A DNA stretch of 41,464 nucleotides from Anaerolineae bacterium (GCA_046757065.1 JBHHXL010000003.1:1-41464); one strand, 5' to 3'. Counted from the stretch's first letter, positions 9,773 through 18,409 are shown. Numbers and translations: made by a program. The notes: generated from the sequence alone by a model not told the origin.

Positions 9773-9878
9773 GGTTACTCGCCTCGCTTGTTCACGTACG
9801 TGCGTTCAACTTCTTGAAAATCCTCAACGCAGCAAATTGTAACACAGATAGTCCGAGACGCAAGCCCTCTTTAACCCT

Positions 9879-10040
9879 GGGTGCGTCCCAAAAATTAGGC
9901 GAGTTTCACATGTCATTCTGAACGCAGCGTAGCGGAGTGAAGAATCCCCAGAAACATTGCCTCCAAGCCATCTGCGTGGAGACTCTTCGCTCCCGTTGGT
10001 CGCTCAGAGTGACATGTTTCCTAAAATTTGGGACGCACCC
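9879..10040. mobile_element. 162-bp MITE (GGGTGCGTCCC ends) with an 8-bp target duplication and an internal GTCATTCTGA..TCAGAGTGAC hairpin
   Basis: 21-bp TIRs matching 19/21. TTAACCCT at 9871-9878 and 10041-10048. Inner IR about 9909-10016. Confidence 0.9.
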
Positions 10041-10514
10041 TTAACCCTTTCCCGGCAGGAGTTGGGCAAGCCGGGCCTGCATCCCGGCCCAATGCGTGCC
10101 CGGCCAGTAGATGCGACCGCAAGCGGCGCACTCCCGGAAGTGGGTTTGCGTTTTCAAAACATAGGGCGGCACACGTCCTTCCACTTCAGACGGCGCGGCC
10201 TGGATCAACGACCCGTTACAAACCGCGCAACGCCGCCGGTCCGGGTCTGGCCGGAGGCGACAGGCGGCGATGACCTGCCGGAGCTGCTCGTCCAGAACCT
10301 GGCTCTCGATGAGCAGGGTTTTCACCCCCCGGCGCGCCGCCAGCGGCCTATCGCGGGTGAGCAAAATCCGCCCTTCGGCGCGGGCCTGGCGAACCAGTTC
10401 GGCATCGGACGCCTGGGGGTTATAGAGGGTGTCATAGCCCAAGAGCCTCAGCCAGCGGGCCAATGATCCCAACATCGCGTCGGCAATGAACGTTAGCGCA
10501 ATCTGCCCGGTCAC
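10041..10514 (-). CDS. Mut7-C RNase domain protein (PIN-like fold plus zinc ribbon)
   Basis: FIADAMLGSLARWLRLLGYDT, RILLTRD, RCAVCNG, CAACGRIYWPGTH. Confidence 0.92.
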   Translation of the reverse strand: MTGQIALTFIADAMLGSLARWLRLLGYDTLYNPQASDAELVRQARAEGRILLTRDRPLAARRGVKTLLIESQVLDEQLRQVIAACRLRPDPDRRRCAVCNGSLIQAAPSEVEGRVPPYVLKTQTHFRECAACGRIYWPGTHWAGMQARLAQLLPGKG

Positions 10515-10530
10515 GCATCCCTGCCCGGTT

Positions 10531-10583
10531 TTGAATAATCAGGTTCCTGATGGTAAGATGAGACCTCAACCGATTTGAGGTCT
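10531..10583 (+). promoter_or_regulatory. Promoter and operator-like palindrome for the Amt-like gene
   Basis: TTGAAT, 17-nt spacer, TAAGAT (10554-10559), followed directly by AGACCTCAA-N5-TTGAGGTCT (10561-10583). Confidence 0.5.
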
Positions 10584-10603
10584 TAGCTTTGGGAGGCAAT
10601 GTA

Positions 10604-12142
10604 GTGCGACAGCGATGGATCGCCAGCCTGTTGTTGGCGATATGGTTTGTATCAATGAGCAGTCTACCGGCCCTGGCCCAGGGAGGAGACGGGGCCGGCG
10701 ATCACGTCTCGGTGATGGGCCCCGCCGGCGGCCTGGTGCTGTTGCTGCCGTTAGGGCTCCTCTTGCTGGGCAGCAGCGCCCTTCCGAAAGAGGAAACGGC
10801 AGAGGCGCTGGCAACGGCCCTGGTCGGCTGGGGATTGGCCGCGCTGGTCTACACGGCTGTTGGCTTTGCCTTTCAATTCGGCGGCGTGGCCGTTTACCCG
10901 CATCTACCGGACGGCTCCGGCCTGGCGAACCTGGGCCAGGGGTGGTCGCCCTACGACCAGACTGTGCCTTTCGAGGTTTCTCGATTGTGGCGCGTGATCG
11001 GCCTGACCGGCTACTTCCTCAACGATCCGGCCAACACGCCCGACGCGCTCTCCCTCTTCGCCAGCCATCTGGCCATTTTGGGGGTGATGGTCATCCCCTC
11101 CGCGCTGGTCTTGCACAACCGCGCCCGGCGCCCGGCCCTGGCGCTTTCAAGCCTGCTGCTGGGCGGCCTCGTCTATCCCCTGCTGGGCAACTGGATATGG
11201 GGCGGGGGCTGGCTGCAAAACCTGGGGGCCAGCCTGGGCTACGGGCACGGCGCAATCGACTTTGGCGGCGCGTTTGTCTTTGCCGGGGCGGGAGTCGCCG
11301 CCCTCTCGGCGCTGCTCGTCTTTCGACCGGCCCACGCGCCTCCGGCAACGGCGAGCGCCTCGCAGTCCGGCGAACAGATTATCCCTATGCCGCCCGCCCA
11401 TTTGCCGTTGCTGGGCCTGTTGGGCGCTGGCCTGAGCCTGGTAGGGATGACGACGCTGGTCGACGCTCCGCACTTATCCCAGGTCTGGAACATCGATGCC
11501 GGCCGCATCCTGGTCAACCTGTGGCTGGCGGGCTTGAGCGGCGGCCTGGCCGCCGCTGTCTATAGCTGGTTTGCCACATCCCGCTTCCATCCATTTATGA
11601 CGCCGCGCGGCATATTCAGCGGGCTGGCGGTGATCAGCGCCGGAGCGCCCTTCGTTCCGGTTTGGGTGGCCGTGGCAACCGGGTTCTTGGCCGGCCTGAC
11701 GCTGCCGCTACTCATATTTCTCTTCGAGCGGGTGTTTCGCCTGGATGACCGACCGGCGGCATTGTCCACGCTGGGCGTGTACGGCCTGCTCGCCCTGCTT
11801 TCCGCCGCCGTCTTTGCCGACGGCACAGCCGGCCTCGGTTGGAACGCGACCCTGGCCGAAACCCGCTTGGGCGTGGCCAACCAGGGTGTATCGGGCCTGC
11901 TGGTGGCGGAAGGGTTCGCCTCCGACTGGCCCTCCCAACTCATTGCCCAGGGAATCGGCGCGGCGGCAACTTTGATTTGGGTGTTTGGGATGACCTTCAT
12001 CCCCTATCGCGTTTTGGCCGGGATTTTTCGGACCTGGGAGCGAACGCGTCCCGACAGGCCGGCGACCGACTCATTGGAGCTACCGCTTGACTCCAGGGAG
12101 GGTCCTCTTCACGGGCAAACCATCGAGCAGGGCGAAACCTGA
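10604..12142 (+). CDS. Divergent ammonium transporter (Amt/Mep/Rh)-fold membrane protein
   Basis: Signal peptide, YTAVGFAFQFG, VYPLLGNWIWGGGWL, GAIDFGG, GLAVISAG, FRLDD and QLIAQGIG place it in the Amt family, but key residues are altered. GTG at 10604 follows GGAGG. Confidence 0.85.
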   Translation: MRQRWIASLLLAIWFVSMSSLPALAQGGDGAGDHVSVMGPAGGLVLLLPLGLLLLGSSALPKEETAEALATALVGWGLAALVYTAVGFAFQFGGVAVYPHLPDGSGLANLGQGWSPYDQTVPFEVSRLWRVIGLTGYFLNDPANTPDALSLFASHLAILGVMVIPSALVLHNRARRPALALSSLLLGGLVYPLLGNWIWGGGWLQNLGASLGYGHGAIDFGGAFVFAGAGVAALSALLVFRPAHAPPATASASQSGEQIIPMPPAHLPLLGLLGAGLSLVGMTTLVDAPHLSQVWNIDAGRILVNLWLAGLSGGLAAAVYSWFATSRFHPFMTPRGIFSGLAVISAGAPFVPVWVAVATGFLAGLTLPLLIFLFERVFRLDDRPAALSTLGVYGLLALLSAAVFADGTAGLGWNATLAETRLGVANQGVSGLLVAEGFASDWPSQLIAQGIGAAATLIWVFGMTFIPYRVLAGIFRTWERTRPDRPATDSLELPLDSREGPLHGQTIEQGET

Positions 12143-12146
12143 GCCA

Positions 12147-12743
12147 TCACCTCTCCGGGACCGCCACCAGCGGCGCTTGCGCCAATTGGGTATAGACGGG
12201 ACCCCCCGGCTGCAACTGGCTGCGCATCAAGCTGATAGACGAAACGCCAAACTGATCGACCTCGTCGATCTGTAGACGCCTTAAAAGCATACCGGCCCGT
12301 TTCACCTCACGCGAGGCGGCCCGTTTGTGGGCATAGGCCAGCGTGAGATGGGGGGTATATGGGCGCGCCTCGGGGGGAAAGCCCAGCGACAGCAAGACCG
12401 GTCCCAGGGTTTTATGCAGTTTCGTTAAGATACCGAGGCTATCGTTGAAGCCCGTCCATAAAACGCGAGGCCATTTTAGATTGGGAAAGCCGCCAATGCC
12501 CTGGACGCCTAACGTAAACGGGCTGTACTCGTAGGCAACAGCGTGAAGCGCCTCCGCCAGCTCAGGGATTTGCTCCGCCGGCACCTCCCCCAAAAAGACG
12601 AGGGTCAGGTGGAAATTCTCTGGCCGAACCCAACGGAATACCGTTTCGCCGACCTCTCGCCTCAAGTTGTGTTGCAGGGAAATGAGCGCGGTGCGCGTGT
12701 GTTGAGGAAGTTCAATCGCGATAAACGTTCGATACGTGGACAT
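12147..12743 (-). CDS. thpR: RNA 2',3'-cyclic phosphodiesterase (2H family, LigT-like)
   Basis: RTFIAIELP, two HLTL motifs (ENFHLTLVFLG, YTPHLTLA), PRVLW, GPVYT. Confidence 0.93.
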   Translation of the reverse strand: MSTYRTFIAIELPQHTRTALISLQHNLRREVGETVFRWVRPENFHLTLVFLGEVPAEQIPELAEALHAVAYEYSPFTLGVQGIGGFPNLKWPRVLWTGFNDSLGILTKLHKTLGPVLLSLGFPPEARPYTPHLTLAYAHKRAASREVKRAGMLLRRLQIDEVDQFGVSSISLMRSQLQPGGPVYTQLAQAPLVAVPER

Positions 12744-12754
12744 GAGCCATCCCT

Positions 12755-12991
12755 TTAGATCATGAACCGCAGGCGAGCCATAAAATCCCCCACCTCCTTG
12801 AGCTTTCGAGCGCTGGCTTGATCATCCCTGGCGCGATATTCCTCAACGGTCTTGTCCAGTTCGGCGAAGAAAAGGCCATCACAACGGCTGATGTTGTTGC
12901 CGATAATCTTCTTCAATTCATTCTGGTCCTGGGCCTGGCAAATCTGTTTGATCAGCTCGTGGGCCTGTTGATAGGTCATCGAAGGAGACAT
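12755..12991 (-). CDS. Small helical hypothetical protein (78 aa)
   Basis: ATG at 12991 after AGGAG; ends 11 nt before thpR, so probably co-transcribed. The longer ORF-track N-terminus is repeat-derived. Confidence 0.75.
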   Translation of the reverse strand: MSPSMTYQQAHELIKQICQAQDQNELKKIIGNNISRCDGLFFAELDKTVEEYRARDDQASARKLKEVGDFMARLRFMI

Positions 12992-13007
12992 TTGCGCTCT
13001 CCTGACT

Positions 13008-13067
13008 GGGTGCGTCCAAAATATTTGGAAAGCACAGGGGGGACTTGGGGGAACACCCCCCACACCC
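13008..13067. mobile_element. 60-bp GGGTG..CACCC miniature element with an 8-bp target duplication
   Basis: Left end GGGTGCGTCCAAAA resembles that at 9879. TCCTGACT at 13000-13007 and 13068-13075. Confidence 0.8.
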
Positions 13068-13179
13068 TCCTGACTACAGTATTGCGATCTTAACCGTGGA
13101 CAGGATGATAACATGGCCGGGAAGGGAAGTCAACCCATTTTCATTTTCCATTGCCGAACGGTTGTGCTAAAATAAGCGT

Positions 13180-14544
13180 ATGTTGAAAACCCTGCTCGAT
13201 CAAGGCCCTAACCAGACCGTCGCTTTCCTGCCCGATACGGACGTGGCCGTATTGGCGGAGACATTGGTCGCCTTTGCCAACCGCGAAGGCGGCACGATTC
13301 TGGTCGGCGTCGATTCGAAGGGGCGCTTCACCCGCAACGTGATCGCCGAGGATGTGGAAGGCGGGTTGACCGAAGCGCTGATCTTGTGCCGTCCACCGGT
13401 AGCCACCGAATGGCAACAACACGAGGTGCCGGGCGGCGTGGTAGTCGTTTTGCGGGTGGCGCGCAGTCCGGAGTTACACGCCCTGGCCGATGGCCGGGTG
13501 TTGATTCGGACCGGGGCGGAAAACCGCCCGCTCGGGGGCGAGGCCATCCGCCACCTGGCCGCCACCAAATCGAGCGGCGATTTCGAGCGCGAGCCGGTCC
13601 CCGGCACTACCTTGCTGGATTTGGACAAAGACATCCTGGACGAGTACCTTAGCAAGCGCGCCGAGCGAGGCCAACGCTCCCTCAGCGGCCGCCTGGAAGA
13701 CCACCTGGTTGAGATAGGGGCGATGTCGGAGGAGGGCGTGCCGACAACGTCCGGTATGCTCCTGTTTGGGAAACGGCCCCAAACCTTCCTGAGCCAGAGC
13801 GGCGTGATTTTCGTCAAGTTCCTGGGAACCGAGCCCAGGGGCCGCGACGGGTTGGCCGGCTATGGCCGCCGGGTGGAAATCGAGGGGCCTCTGGCCCGCG
13901 TGATCGAGCGAGCCTGGAATTTAATTTGGGAGGAGATGCGGGTCGAGGCCGTCGTCACCGGCCTCAAGCGGGAGGAAGTGCCCGAATACCCCCATTTTGC
14001 CGTACGCGAGGCCGTGATCAACGCCTTGTGCCATCGCGATTATCGACTGGCCGGGCGGCGGGTGGAAATCCGCATGTTCGAAGACCGGCTGGAGGTGATC
14101 AGCCCCGGCGGTTTGCCGGGCTACATCACCATCGATAATATCGTGGAAGAGCATTTCAGCCGGAATCCGCGCCTGGTGGCCGGCCTTTTCCAATGGGGCT
14201 ACATTGAAGAGCTGGGGCTGGGCATCGACCGTATGATCGAGGAGATGCTGCAACAGGGCCATCCCCCCCCGGAGTTCAAAGCCACGCCCTACTCCTTCAC
14301 CGTCCGGCTGTACAACATCCTGGAACGCGCCCCGGCCGTCCGCTGGGACACCAACCTGGGCGAGCGGCAGATGCGAGCGATGGCCTTTATCAAGCAGCAC
14401 GGCCGCATCACCAGCCGCGACTATCGCGCCCTCTGCCCCGACGTCAGCCCCGAAACCCTCCGTCTGGATATGGTTGATCTTGTGGACAAGGGCCTGCTCC
14501 TCAAGATTGGAGACAAAAAGGGAACCTATTACATCCTGAAGTAA
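13180..14544 (+). CDS. AlbA_2 (Schlafen-like) + RecG-C/HATPase_c_4-like + winged HTH protein
   Basis: VAFANREGGTILVGV, AVREAVINALCHRDY, RLEVISPGGLP, SRNPRL, IEELGLG, and C-terminal HGRITSRDY..LVDKGLL. Confidence 0.88.
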   Translation: MLKTLLDQGPNQTVAFLPDTDVAVLAETLVAFANREGGTILVGVDSKGRFTRNVIAEDVEGGLTEALILCRPPVATEWQQHEVPGGVVVVLRVARSPELHALADGRVLIRTGAENRPLGGEAIRHLAATKSSGDFEREPVPGTTLLDLDKDILDEYLSKRAERGQRSLSGRLEDHLVEIGAMSEEGVPTTSGMLLFGKRPQTFLSQSGVIFVKFLGTEPRGRDGLAGYGRRVEIEGPLARVIERAWNLIWEEMRVEAVVTGLKREEVPEYPHFAVREAVINALCHRDYRLAGRRVEIRMFEDRLEVISPGGLPGYITIDNIVEEHFSRNPRLVAGLFQWGYIEELGLGIDRMIEEMLQQGHPPPEFKATPYSFTVRLYNILERAPAVRWDTNLGERQMRAMAFIKQHGRITSRDYRALCPDVSPETLRLDMVDLVDKGLLLKIGDKKGTYYILK

Positions 14545-14807
14545 TTGCCGGTTCTGTGCCGTCCGCCTTGCCGGCCTGCCTTCGCCAGATTCTTCCTACC
14601 TCGTCGATACCGGCGGCGCGCCTCCGGCGGCGTTTTTGTTGCTGCCGTGAGACGGTGATATAATTGCCAGTTGGGTTACTTATTAACCATAGATAAACCA
14701 TTGCTCCCATCGTATACTTTAAGGTGGTTCTGGGCAAGAACAAGGTTTCAATCCGGCCTCGTTGGGGCTATTTGCTTGTTTGAGAAGGTGTTGGGTAGAA
14801 GTTACCA

Positions 14808-16568
14808 ATGGAAAATCGCCCCGTTTCCTCGTCTGCGGTTGACTGGCTGATCTCCCATTTGCGATGGGCCTGGCTAATCGTAGCCCTCTTGCTCCGCCTG
14901 GGGAGCGATGTCATTGGCCTTTCGCCTTTGCCCAACCCCTTTGAGTTTTACATCCTCCTGGGGGGCGGTATCGTTTACAACCTGATCCTCGTTGGAATTT
15001 TAACCGCCAACGGGTATCGAAACTGGATCGCCACCGTCGCGGCTATTCTCGACACGTTATTGGCCATCGGGTTCTTGCTGGTTTCGGGCGGAATCAGCGG
15101 CCCGATGCTACCCGTAATGATTTTCCCGGTGGTGACCATAACCTTGCGCCTCAATATTGAGGGCGGGCTGCTGACCGCGGCGGTTCTGTCCCTGGCCTAT
15201 GCTATCTCCGTCTTTCTGCCGGGCCAGACCCTGGTTTTGGAAACCCTCCTGCAACTTGGCCTAAACAGCCTGGTTCTGTTCGGCGTGAGCGCCCTGAGCG
15301 GGTTTATCTTCTACAGGTACGTGGAAGCTCGCCAATCGGCGGATCAGGCCGAACTGAAACGGTTGCGGGTGGCCAATGCCCGGGCCAAAGCAGTTTACGA
15401 AATGGCCAGCACCTTGAGCGCCACCCTCAATTACCGGCGGGTGCTGAATTCGATGATCGATTTAGCCTCTATGGCCCTCAACGAAGCCGGCACACCCCGC
15501 GATGATACAACTGTGGGCATCGTCTTTCTGGTCGACGAGGACGGCCCGACAGACTCGCTACACGTTCACGCCAGCCGCAACCTGCCCCGCCCAGACGAGA
15601 GAACCCGCGTTGTTCCAGAGGACGGCATTTTGCGACGGGTCATTTACACCGCTGAAACGGTTATCAGCAACGACTTGCAAAACGACCCGGTAGCTCGATC
15701 CTTCATTGCCTTGCAGAATTGCCAGTCCGCGGTGTGCGCGCCGCTGCGGGCCGGGTTCGATATTTATGGTGCTGTCCTGTTCGCCAGCGCCCAACCCAAT
15801 ACGTATACTCAGGAACACGCCAACCTGCTAACAACCTTTTGTAGCCAGGCCATCATCGCCTTGCAGAACGCTCAACTATACGCCGATCTAGAGCAGGAGC
15901 AGCAGAAACTGCTTGAAAAGGACGCCGAAGCCCGCCACAAGCTGGCTCGCGACCTGCACGATGGTCCAACCCAGGCGGTCTCGGCCATCGTGATGCGGCT
16001 TGACTTTGTGCGGATGTTGTTGCGCCAAGAAGGTGATGTAGACAAGGCAATCGACGAAATCCAAAAGGTTGAGGACATCGCCCGGCGCACCACCAAAGAG
16101 CTGCGAACAATGCTCTTTACTCTGCGTCCGGTCGTCCTCGAAACGCAGGGCCTGGCCGCCGCCCTGGAGCAATTTGCCGAGCGCCTGCGTGAAAATGACG
16201 AACTGAATGTGCGGATTGATACGGGCGGCTACGACGGCCAGCTCCCGACACAAACGGAGGGGGTCATCTTCGCCGTGGTTGAGGAAGCGATTGGCAACGC
16301 CAAAAAGCACGCTCAGGCCGACCAGATCAACATCCGCATCCAATTGATGAACGGCAGCGTCATCACCGAGGTTATCGATAACGGGCGGGGCTTTGACGTC
16401 AACTCCGTCAGGGCCTCATACGATCAACGGGGCAGTTTGGGCCTCCTGAATATGGATGAGCGGGCCAAAATGGTGGGCGGGCGCTGCCATATTACTTCGG
16501 CCCCGGGCAAGGGGACGACAGTTCGCATTGAAGTGCCAACAACAAATAGCGCGGGCGAGTTTGCCTGA
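14808..16568 (+). CDS. Membrane GAF sensor histidine kinase (HisKA_3/NarX-like class)
   Basis: N-terminal TM helices, GAF domain (CAPLRAG..YG; AIIALQNAQLY), H-box LARDLHDG, N-box EAIGNAKKHA, DNGRGF, GLLNMDERA, GKGT. Confidence 0.92.
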   Translation: MENRPVSSSAVDWLISHLRWAWLIVALLLRLGSDVIGLSPLPNPFEFYILLGGGIVYNLILVGILTANGYRNWIATVAAILDTLLAIGFLLVSGGISGPMLPVMIFPVVTITLRLNIEGGLLTAAVLSLAYAISVFLPGQTLVLETLLQLGLNSLVLFGVSALSGFIFYRYVEARQSADQAELKRLRVANARAKAVYEMASTLSATLNYRRVLNSMIDLASMALNEAGTPRDDTTVGIVFLVDEDGPTDSLHVHASRNLPRPDERTRVVPEDGILRRVIYTAETVISNDLQNDPVARSFIALQNCQSAVCAPLRAGFDIYGAVLFASAQPNTYTQEHANLLTTFCSQAIIALQNAQLYADLEQEQQKLLEKDAEARHKLARDLHDGPTQAVSAIVMRLDFVRMLLRQEGDVDKAIDEIQKVEDIARRTTKELRTMLFTLRPVVLETQGLAAALEQFAERLRENDELNVRIDTGGYDGQLPTQTEGVIFAVVEEAIGNAKKHAQADQINIRIQLMNGSVITEVIDNGRGFDVNSVRASYDQRGSLGLLNMDERAKMVGGRCHITSAPGKGTTVRIEVPTTNSAGEFA

Positions 16569-17350
16569 TGCATCAACTTACGCTGGCCGCGGCCCTGGGG
16601 GCTATGTCCGTCGTCGTTGTTGTCGAAGCGACCTGGCTGGCCCGGAGCCTTTCCGCCGAACCACGATTCCGCCGCTTGAGCGATTCCTGGCTGCCAACAC
16701 TGTGTCGCATCTTGTTCTTGCTGGGCCTGCCGTACATCGCTTTGATCAGCGGGCTGTTGCCTGCCAGGTTTTTCGGTCTGACCGGCCTGGCCGATCTGGT
16801 GTCCGTAAACCTGAACCAGCCCGGACCCCGCTTGCTGGTAGAGCTCCAGTTGCTCCTGGGGGCCATCTTGTTGGCCTGGTTGCCGATCCTTGGCCGGGCG
16901 CTATTGGTTGGCCTGGGAGCTTTGCTGGCCGTCGGGCTGGCCCTGATCGTTTATCATCGCAGCTTCCTCAGACCCGGCCGGCCCTCCCCGGCCGATTTAC
17001 CAGGGCCGGTATACGCTTCGTCTGTGGACCTGCTCCTGGATGCGGTCCATTGGTCCTTCTATCGCGCCCTGGTCTGGCTTCTGGCCGGCAACCTCTACGT
17101 GGGGGTGTGGGGCGGTGTCATCCTCATTGGCCTCGAGCTGACGACGGCAGCCTACGTCGGTAAGATCTCCCCGGAACAGCACCAACAATACCTCTGGCGC
17201 TTTATGTTAGCAGTTCTGACCTCGTTGTGTTTCTTCTTCGCCCCCGATTTTTGGTTGATCCTGGTTCTGCACTTTGGGCTGGTCTGGCTCGTTCAGGCAG
17301 GCTTGAGGGCCATCGCCCACAGTCAGGCCGGCCTGAAAGCAACCTCTTGA
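16568..17350 (+). CDS. Hypothetical multi-pass membrane protein
   Basis: TGATG stop/start overlap with the kinase gene; several hydrophobic segments. Confidence 0.8.
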   Translation: MHQLTLAAALGAMSVVVVVEATWLARSLSAEPRFRRLSDSWLPTLCRILFLLGLPYIALISGLLPARFFGLTGLADLVSVNLNQPGPRLLVELQLLLGAILLAWLPILGRALLVGLGALLAVGLALIVYHRSFLRPGRPSPADLPGPVYASSVDLLLDAVHWSFYRALVWLLAGNLYVGVWGGVILIGLELTTAAYVGKISPEQHQQYLWRFMLAVLTSLCFFFAPDFWLILVLHFGLVWLVQAGLRAIAHSQAGLKATS

Positions 17351-17464
17351 GACAAGGGCAGGGCTGCCCTGAACCGGAGCCGCCCCGTTCAAGGCCAAAA
17401 CGCGGCCTGCGGTTTCACGCGTTGAAATGCACTTCCGCTGCGCGTCCCACCCGGTTCGCCGGCC

Positions 17465-17493
17465 TTGCCATCCCACCCGATTCCTGCTATACT
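17465..17493 (+). promoter_or_regulatory. Sigma70-type promoter
   Basis: TTGCCA, 17-nt spacer, TATACT with an upstream TG. Confidence 0.55.
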
Positions 17494-17559
17494 TTTTATG
17501 AAAAGTTGTTATGGTAAATTGCTAACCTTTCTTTCTTGTCCCGGGAAGGAGTTTCGTTC

Positions 17560-18132
17560 ATGACAACGCTCTTAGAACAGGGAATCGAGGCGGCCAGGGC
17601 CGGGCGAAAGGCCGAGGCGCTCCAGATGTTTCGGCGCGTCCTGGAGGAAGATGAACGCAACGAGCAGGCCTGGCTCTGGATGAGCAGCGTGGTCGAAAGC
17701 GACCAGGAGCGCGTTCGGTGTTTGCAGTCGGTCCTGGCCATCAACCCCGGCAACGAATTTGCTCGACTGGGACTGGAAAAGCTGGCGAGCGGGGCTTCAA
17801 CCTCGAAACCTGCCACGGCCACAGCCGGGCGCCGTCCATTTCGACTCGCGCCGTCTCTGACCGCAGCCTCGCCGGCGGTGGCGGGGCAGGAGCAAGCGGC
17901 GCATCACGCCCACACGCTGGCTATGCCCGCTGTCCCGGATGGGCTTGACGCCTTGCGCCAATCGGCCGGCCGGGGGCAAGGCGCGGCCACATACGGTATG
18001 CAACCAAACAGCGCGGCGGGCTTCAGGCAACCGGCGCGCCCTCCCCTTATCCCCGTCTTGATCTTCGGCACTCTGACCGTGACGGCCCTGGGCGGCTTAG
18101 GCTTGATCCTGATCCTGGCTCTGCTGACCTGA
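17560..18132 (+). CDS. TPR-domain protein with a C-terminal membrane anchor
   Basis: LEQGIEAARAG..NEQAWLWMS..CLQSVLAINPGN (TPR), low-complexity linker, hydrophobic tail. ATG at 17560 after AAGGAG. Confidence 0.85.
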   Translation: MTTLLEQGIEAARAGRKAEALQMFRRVLEEDERNEQAWLWMSSVVESDQERVRCLQSVLAINPGNEFARLGLEKLASGASTSKPATATAGRRPFRLAPSLTAASPAVAGQEQAAHHAHTLAMPAVPDGLDALRQSAGRGQGAATYGMQPNSAAGFRQPARPPLIPVLIFGTLTVTALGGLGLILILALLT

Positions 18133-18238
18133 TCCACTGCTTTTGAGAAGATACATATCCAATTCGAGCTGAATTTGCGAAATAAGGCGCTTGGTGTATA
18201 ATGACGGCACTCCCGGCAAGGAAGCGTGCCGGGGGCAT

Positions 18239-18312
18239 CGGGATGTGGCGCAGTCTGGTAGCGTGCACGGTTCGGGTCCGTGAGGCCGGGAGTTCAAATC
18301 TCCCCATCCCGA
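18239..18312 (+). tRNA. tRNA-Pro (CGG)
   Basis: CGGGATG/CATCCCG acceptor stem, CACGG-TTCGGGT-CCGTG anticodon arm, GTTCAAATC T-loop. No encoded CCA. Confidence 0.97.
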
Positions 18313-18331
18313 CTGGCTGAACCCCAACCAT

Positions 18332-18405
18332 CGGGGCGTGGCGCAGTTTGGTAGCGTGCTTGAATGGGGTTCAAGAGGTCCCCGGTTCAAATCCGGGCGC
18401 CCCGA
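18332..18405 (+). tRNA. tRNA-Pro (GGG)
   Basis: CGGGGCG/CGCCCCG acceptor stem, CTTGA-ATGGGGT-TCAAG anticodon arm, GTTCAAATC T-loop. Confidence 0.97.
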
Positions 18406-18409
18406 CCTT

